Below, in pieces: positions 60,214 through 64,000 of a stretch of DNA of 64,000 nucleotides. The stretch's first letter is position 1, and every line of letters begins with the position of its first letter. The translations under genes were made by a program, and so were the position numbers. Source of the stretch: an uncultured Nitrososphaerota archaeon (lineage in GTDB: Archaea > Thermoproteota > Nitrososphaeria > Nitrososphaerales > Gagatemarchaeaceae); assembly GCA_963718895.1 (NCBI GenBank), contig CAVRAG010000008.1, positions 320,001 to 384,000 on the forward strand, written 5' to 3'. The notes beneath the pieces were generated by a model, which saw nothing but the letters and a program-made list of their open reading frames with translations, ran no database searches and was not told the origin of the DNA.

Positions 60214-61401
60214 GTGCCGACCGAGGTTCTGATGCCGAAGCTGGGGCTCACCATGACTAAGGGGACGATGCTGAAGTGGTTCAAGAGCGAGGGAGAGAGC
60301 GTGGAGAAGGGGGAGAAGCTTGCCCTCTTCGAGACAGAGAAGGTCACGACAGAGATCGCCGCGCCCGTCTCCGGCGTTCTCCTGAAGATTGTCAGCCCAG
60401 TCAAGTCCTCGGTCCCCGTAGGACAGGCGGTTGCATACATCGGCCAGGCAGGGGAGAGCGTCCCCTTGGGTACGACCTTGGCTCAGGCCCCCGCGCCGTC
60501 CGTTCAGGAGGTCAGGGCCGTGCAACCCCCGACCGCCGCGGCGGCCGAAGTGCGGGCGACCCCTAAGGCGAAGCGGCTCGCAGCGGAGAAGGGGGCCGAC
60601 CTTACCCGCGTGAAGGGGACGGGGCCAGGCGGCATGGTCACGGAGGATGACGTAGTGAGCTCCATCCAGGAGGCAAGGAGCAAGACACAGATGGGACTGA
60701 AGGTCAGGGAGGTCGTGCCGCTCTCCGAGACCAGGAGGGTCATCGGCAAGAGACTCAACTCGAGCCTGAACACCATGGCCCAGGTCACCCTGGTCTTCGA
60801 GGCCGACGCATCTGAGTTGGTCAAACTCCGAGAGGCCAAGCTCCCTGAGATACAGGAGAAGGCGGGGGCGCGCCTCACCTACACGGACATCCTGGTGAAG
60901 GCAGTGGCGAGGGCGCTCAGAGAGTTCCCTACGATGAACTCGGCGCTGGAGGAGGACGGAATCAAGCTGATCGACGAGGTGAACATCGGGGTGGCCGTGG
61001 CGACCGAGAGGGGACTGATCGTGCCGGTCGTGAGGAACGCCGACACGACCGACCTACTTGGAGTAGTGACCACCATGAAGGACATGGCTGCTCGGGGGAG
61101 GGAGGGGAAGCTGACGCTAAAGGAGGTGACCAGCGGGACGTTCACCATCACGAACCTGGGGATGACAGCGGTTGATTCCTTCACCCCTATAATCAACCCG
61201 CCCCAGGTGGGGATACTGGGCGTGGGTCGGATAGTGAAGAAGCCCGTGGCCATCGAAGACGGAGTCGAGATAAGGCCGAGGATCACCTTCAGTCTGACGT
61301 TCGACCACAGGGTGTTGGATGGATACGCCGCGGCAGAGTTCCTAAAGAAGGTAGTCGAGATACTCGAGGACGGCTCAAGACTCTCGGAGACCGCCCGCTA
61401 G
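60214..61401 (+). CDS. Dihydrolipoamide acyltransferase E2
   Basis: ETEKV lipoyl site, E3-binding domain (GTGPGG), DHRVLDG. Confidence 0.95.
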   Translation: MPTEVLMPKLGLTMTKGTMLKWFKSEGESVEKGEKLALFETEKVTTEIAAPVSGVLLKIVSPVKSSVPVGQAVAYIGQAGESVPLGTTLAQAPAPSVQEVRAVQPPTAAAAEVRATPKAKRLAAEKGADLTRVKGTGPGGMVTEDDVVSSIQEARSKTQMGLKVREVVPLSETRRVIGKRLNSSLNTMAQVTLVFEADASELVKLREAKLPEIQEKAGARLTYTDILVKAVARALREFPTMNSALEEDGIKLIDEVNIGVAVATERGLIVPVVRNADTTDLLGVVTTMKDMAARGREGKLTLKEVTSGTFTITNLGMTAVDSFTPIINPPQVGILGVGRIVKKPVAIEDGVEIRPRITFSLTFDHRVLDGYAAAEFLKKVVEILEDGSRLSETAR

Positions 61402-61407
61402 AATCGC

Positions 61408-61734
61408 CTAGAGGATCTTTGTCATCTCAAGGAACGTGAGTCTCGCTATGAGCGGGACCGCTCTGCCGACGAGCCCGAGTCGCGTTCGCAGGCCCTTTGA
61501 GACCTCCCATTCGTTGGCCAATCTGGAGAAGCTGAGAGCTATCTCGAGAAGGCGCATCTCTGTCTCGATCTGCTTCATGCAGTAGGGACAGGAGATGTCT
61601 CCGGCGAAGGCGCGAAGGTCACTCTGGGCCAGCTGGAGGAACCCATAGGTCCTGTCGCCCCCTCCCTCCAGATACTCGAGGATCTCGTCCCACTTCCTGA
61701 CCGAAGAGTCGATCTGCCGCTCCGTCGTCGTCAT
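61408..61734 (-). CDS. Small helical protein with CPYC motif
   Basis: 108 aa; paralog of 61731..62063. Confidence 0.65.
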   Translation of the reverse strand: MTTTERQIDSSVRKWDEILEYLEGGGDRTYGFLQLAQSDLRAFAGDISCPYCMKQIETEMRLLEIALSFSRLANEWEVSKGLRTRLGLVGRAVPLIARLTFLEMTKIL

Positions 61735-62063
61735 GAGATTATGCCTGCCCTGCGCAGCCCCCCTAGCAGTACGTTCGCAACTATCTGGAACGAGTTCAGC
61801 AGGGTCCTGGCCCTCTCGCCGAGCCCGTGCCGGTGCGCTCGGTTACCGTCCTCCCTCAGTCGGTCGAGAACGCGCGATATCTCCTCAGACTCAAGTAGCA
61901 TGTGCCTCCTGCAGTAGGGACAGTCGATGTGCTCTGCGGCATTCTTCATATCAAAGGCGGCGAGGTCTAGGAAGGCTTCAATCCCCGGCGTGCCTGAACC
62001 GACGCGTCTCATCTCCTCCTCCCAGGCTTCCATCAGGCCTTCGAACTGGGAGGTTGTCGCCAT
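61731..62063 (-). CDS. Small helical protein with CPYC motif
   Basis: 110 aa; ATGA overlap with its paralog. Confidence 0.65.
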   Translation of the reverse strand: MATTSQFEGLMEAWEEEMRRVGSGTPGIEAFLDLAAFDMKNAAEHIDCPYCRRHMLLESEEISRVLDRLREDGNRAHRHGLGERARTLLNSFQIVANVLLGGLRRAGIIS

Positions 62064-62253
62064 CTGAACCGCGCTCGGATGTCTCAGGGTCGTATCTGAA
62101 CCTTCGGCCCAGTCCCTCTGGAGAGGACGTCGAAGGCTCCCGAGGCCCGGGCGAGCGGGAGGGCGTGAGTGACCAGCGGATTCACACCCGACATCCCCGA
62201 AGAGAGCATCTCGATCGAAGCGGGGAAGGTGAACCGGTCAATCAAGCTGCCCT

Positions 62254-63342
62254 TCAGCAATCCCTACCCGTGAAGTGCGGGATTATCTCGTCCCGATAGG
62301 CTGCGATGTTCTGGTAGATCAGATCCGTGGGTGATATCAGGACGAAGCTCCTCACCCCGGCCTTCCGGTACTCCTCGAGTCTGTCTATGGCCTGGTCGGG
62401 CGTGCCGCTGACGATGACACTCCGGATGGCCTCCGGTGGGATCCTCTCGGCTACGGAGTTGATCTTGCGCCAGTCCTCCTCGCGGAACTCCGCCCTCAAG
62501 ACGTCGATGGACTCCGCCGCAAGCTTCTCGTATCCGAGCTGCCTGAGCAGGTCCCGCCTCAGGGCCATCCCAATCGAGGCTCTCTGGGCGATGCGTGATA
62601 CTTCGGCCTCGTCCTTCGTGATCGCCGTAAAGACCTCGACCGCGCGGTCGATCTCACCGGGGTCTCTCCCCATCCTCGTAGCCTCTGAAGTGATGTGGTC
62701 CGATGCCCGCCTGTAGGTCTCCGGGGTCTCGAGCCAGGGCAACCATCCATCGCCGGCCTCGGCAATGAGGGATTTCATCCTCGGGCCATAGCCGCCGATG
62801 TAGACCGGTGGACGAGGGCTCTGGACGGGGAGGAGGCCGAGCCAGGCGTTCTTCAGCGTGAAGATCTCGCCCTCGAAGTTCGCGGGCTGCTCCTTGGTGG
62901 CCGTCCAAAGCGCATTAATGACTTTGAGCGCCTCCCTGAGCCTCGTTACCGGCCTCTCCCATATGACATCGCCGAGCGGCTGGAAGTTGAAGAGCTCTCC
63001 GGCGCCGATCCCGAGCATCGCCCTGCCGTGGCTGAGCCGGTCCAGAGTGGCGATGAAGTGCGCAGTCGTGGCGGGGTGCCTCCTCACGGTATCAGTGACC
63101 GCGGGCATCATCCTGATCCGGCGGGTAGTCGCAGCGGCGGCTCCGAGAACTGCGTCGACGTCCCACGCGGCCTTCGAGAGGAAGACTTCAGACTTGGGAT
63201 GGAAGAGGTGGTCGGGGAGGGCGACGAAGTCGAAGCCCGCTTCGTCTGCGTGACGAACCCAGTCGAGAGTAGTGTCGACATCAGGATAGGAGATCCCTTG
63301 GAATCCGAAGCGGACCCGCCTGGTCCTCGATGCCAGGGCCAT
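62254..63342 (-). CDS. LLM-class flavin/F420-dependent oxidoreductase
   Basis: PDHL, RHPA, TLDRLSHGRAMLGIGAG, GDGWLP. Confidence 0.92.
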   Translation of the reverse strand: MALASRTRRVRFGFQGISYPDVDTTLDWVRHADEAGFDFVALPDHLFHPKSEVFLSKAAWDVDAVLGAAAATTRRIRMMPAVTDTVRRHPATTAHFIATLDRLSHGRAMLGIGAGELFNFQPLGDVIWERPVTRLREALKVINALWTATKEQPANFEGEIFTLKNAWLGLLPVQSPRPPVYIGGYGPRMKSLIAEAGDGWLPWLETPETYRRASDHITSEATRMGRDPGEIDRAVEVFTAITKDEAEVSRIAQRASIGMALRRDLLRQLGYEKLAAESIDVLRAEFREEDWRKINSVAERIPPEAIRSVIVSGTPDQAIDRLEEYRKAGVRSFVLISPTDLIYQNIAAYRDEIIPHFTGRDC

Positions 63343-63356
63343 CTCACCTTCGGAGT

Positions 63357-64000
63357 CTAGGTCCCCGGCTTCGCGGCGTAGACCTCTGGGTTGGCCACGA
63401 ACTCGGGCCGCTTCCCAGAGAGGACGTCGTGGACAGCGTGGGAGATGTCTACCCTTACCCTCCGGTGCGACTCTTCGCTGTACCAGGCCAGGTGAGGAGT
63501 GATGACCACGTTTTCCAGGTCTCTGAGAGGGTCGTCTGCCGGGAGCGGCTCGACCTCGAAGACGTCAAGCCCGGCGCCCCCGATGGTGCCCGACTTCAGG
63601 GCTTCGCAGAGCGCCGCCTGGTCTATGACCGGGCCCCTGCTTGTGTTCACTATGAACGCGCTCCTCTTCATCAGGGCGAACTCCCTGGCTCCCAGCATGT
63701 GCCGGGTCTTCGGGCCGAGGGGGACGTGGACCGAGATTACGTCCGATTCCTTGAGCAAGTCCTCGACCGTGGCCATGCGCTCGACGCCAATCAGTCCAAA
63801 CTCTGCCCGCGGAACCCACGGGTCGAACGATATGACGCGGAACCCGAGCGCCTTCGCTCTCGTAGCGACCCGCCTCGCGATGTTCCCGAGCCCGAGGAGG
63901 CCGAACGTCAGCGAGGAGTTCGCGTGGATCGGCTCGACCGACTTCTTGATCTCGTGTCCAGACTTTCCCTGCCTCATCATCCGGTCTATCTTGACGACCC
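63357..64000 (-). CDS. D-2-hydroxyacid dehydrogenase family protein, 5' end outside the window
   Basis: GLGNIA, VNTSRG, LDVFEVEP, ITPHLAWYS. Confidence 0.92.
   Translation of the reverse strand, partial: VVKIDRMMRQGKSGHEIKKSVEPIHANSSLTFGLLGLGNIARRVATRAKALGFRVISFDPWVPRAEFGLIGVERMATVEDLLKESDVISVHVPLGPKTRHMLGAREFALMKRSAFIVNTSRGPVIDQAALCEALKSGTIGGAGLDVFEVEPLPADDPLRDLENVVITPHLAWYSEESHRRVRVDISHAVHDVLSGKRPEFVANPEVYAAKPGT

Noticed and set aside
1-64000. CRISPR array, tRNA, rRNA, IS transposase or integrase
   Set aside because: No regularly spaced repeats, cloverleaf or T-loop signatures, or recombinase motifs were seen by eye; tRNAscan-SE and CRISPR finders were not run.

Overview
GC-rich archaeal chromosome segment. 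The unsplit Rpo1 (A'A'') and Rpo2 in an rpoH-rpoB-rpoA-rpl30e-nusA-rps12-rps7 cluster, plus EF-1alpha, point to Nitrososphaerota (Thaumarchaeota), probably a non-ammonia-oxidising high-GC lineage (inference). From left to right it holds: a membrane-bound group-1-like [NiFe]-hydrogenase operon with maturation genes; stress genes, an orphan A/V-ATPase subunit I and a B12 radical SAM enzyme; a candidate mobile unit directly downstream of tuf; small membrane and stress genes; the RNA polymerase/ribosomal cluster; and a 2-oxoacid/acetoin dehydrogenase catabolic cluster. Many genes, including essential ones, carry single-base frameshifts, which I read as sequencing or assembly errors. The most striking signals are three. 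(1) The last 56 codons of tuf switch abruptly to a foreign codon usage and are followed by a free-standing HTH-LAGLIDADG gene with a roughly 240-nt structured leader, suggesting a homing element that carries a recoded tuf 3' end. (2) An unannotated 40-aa peptide gene has its own operator-like promoter and converges on one of two paralogous 385-aa regulators. (3) The hydrogenase has non-canonical metal-binding motifs. No tRNA, rRNA or CRISPR array was seen.
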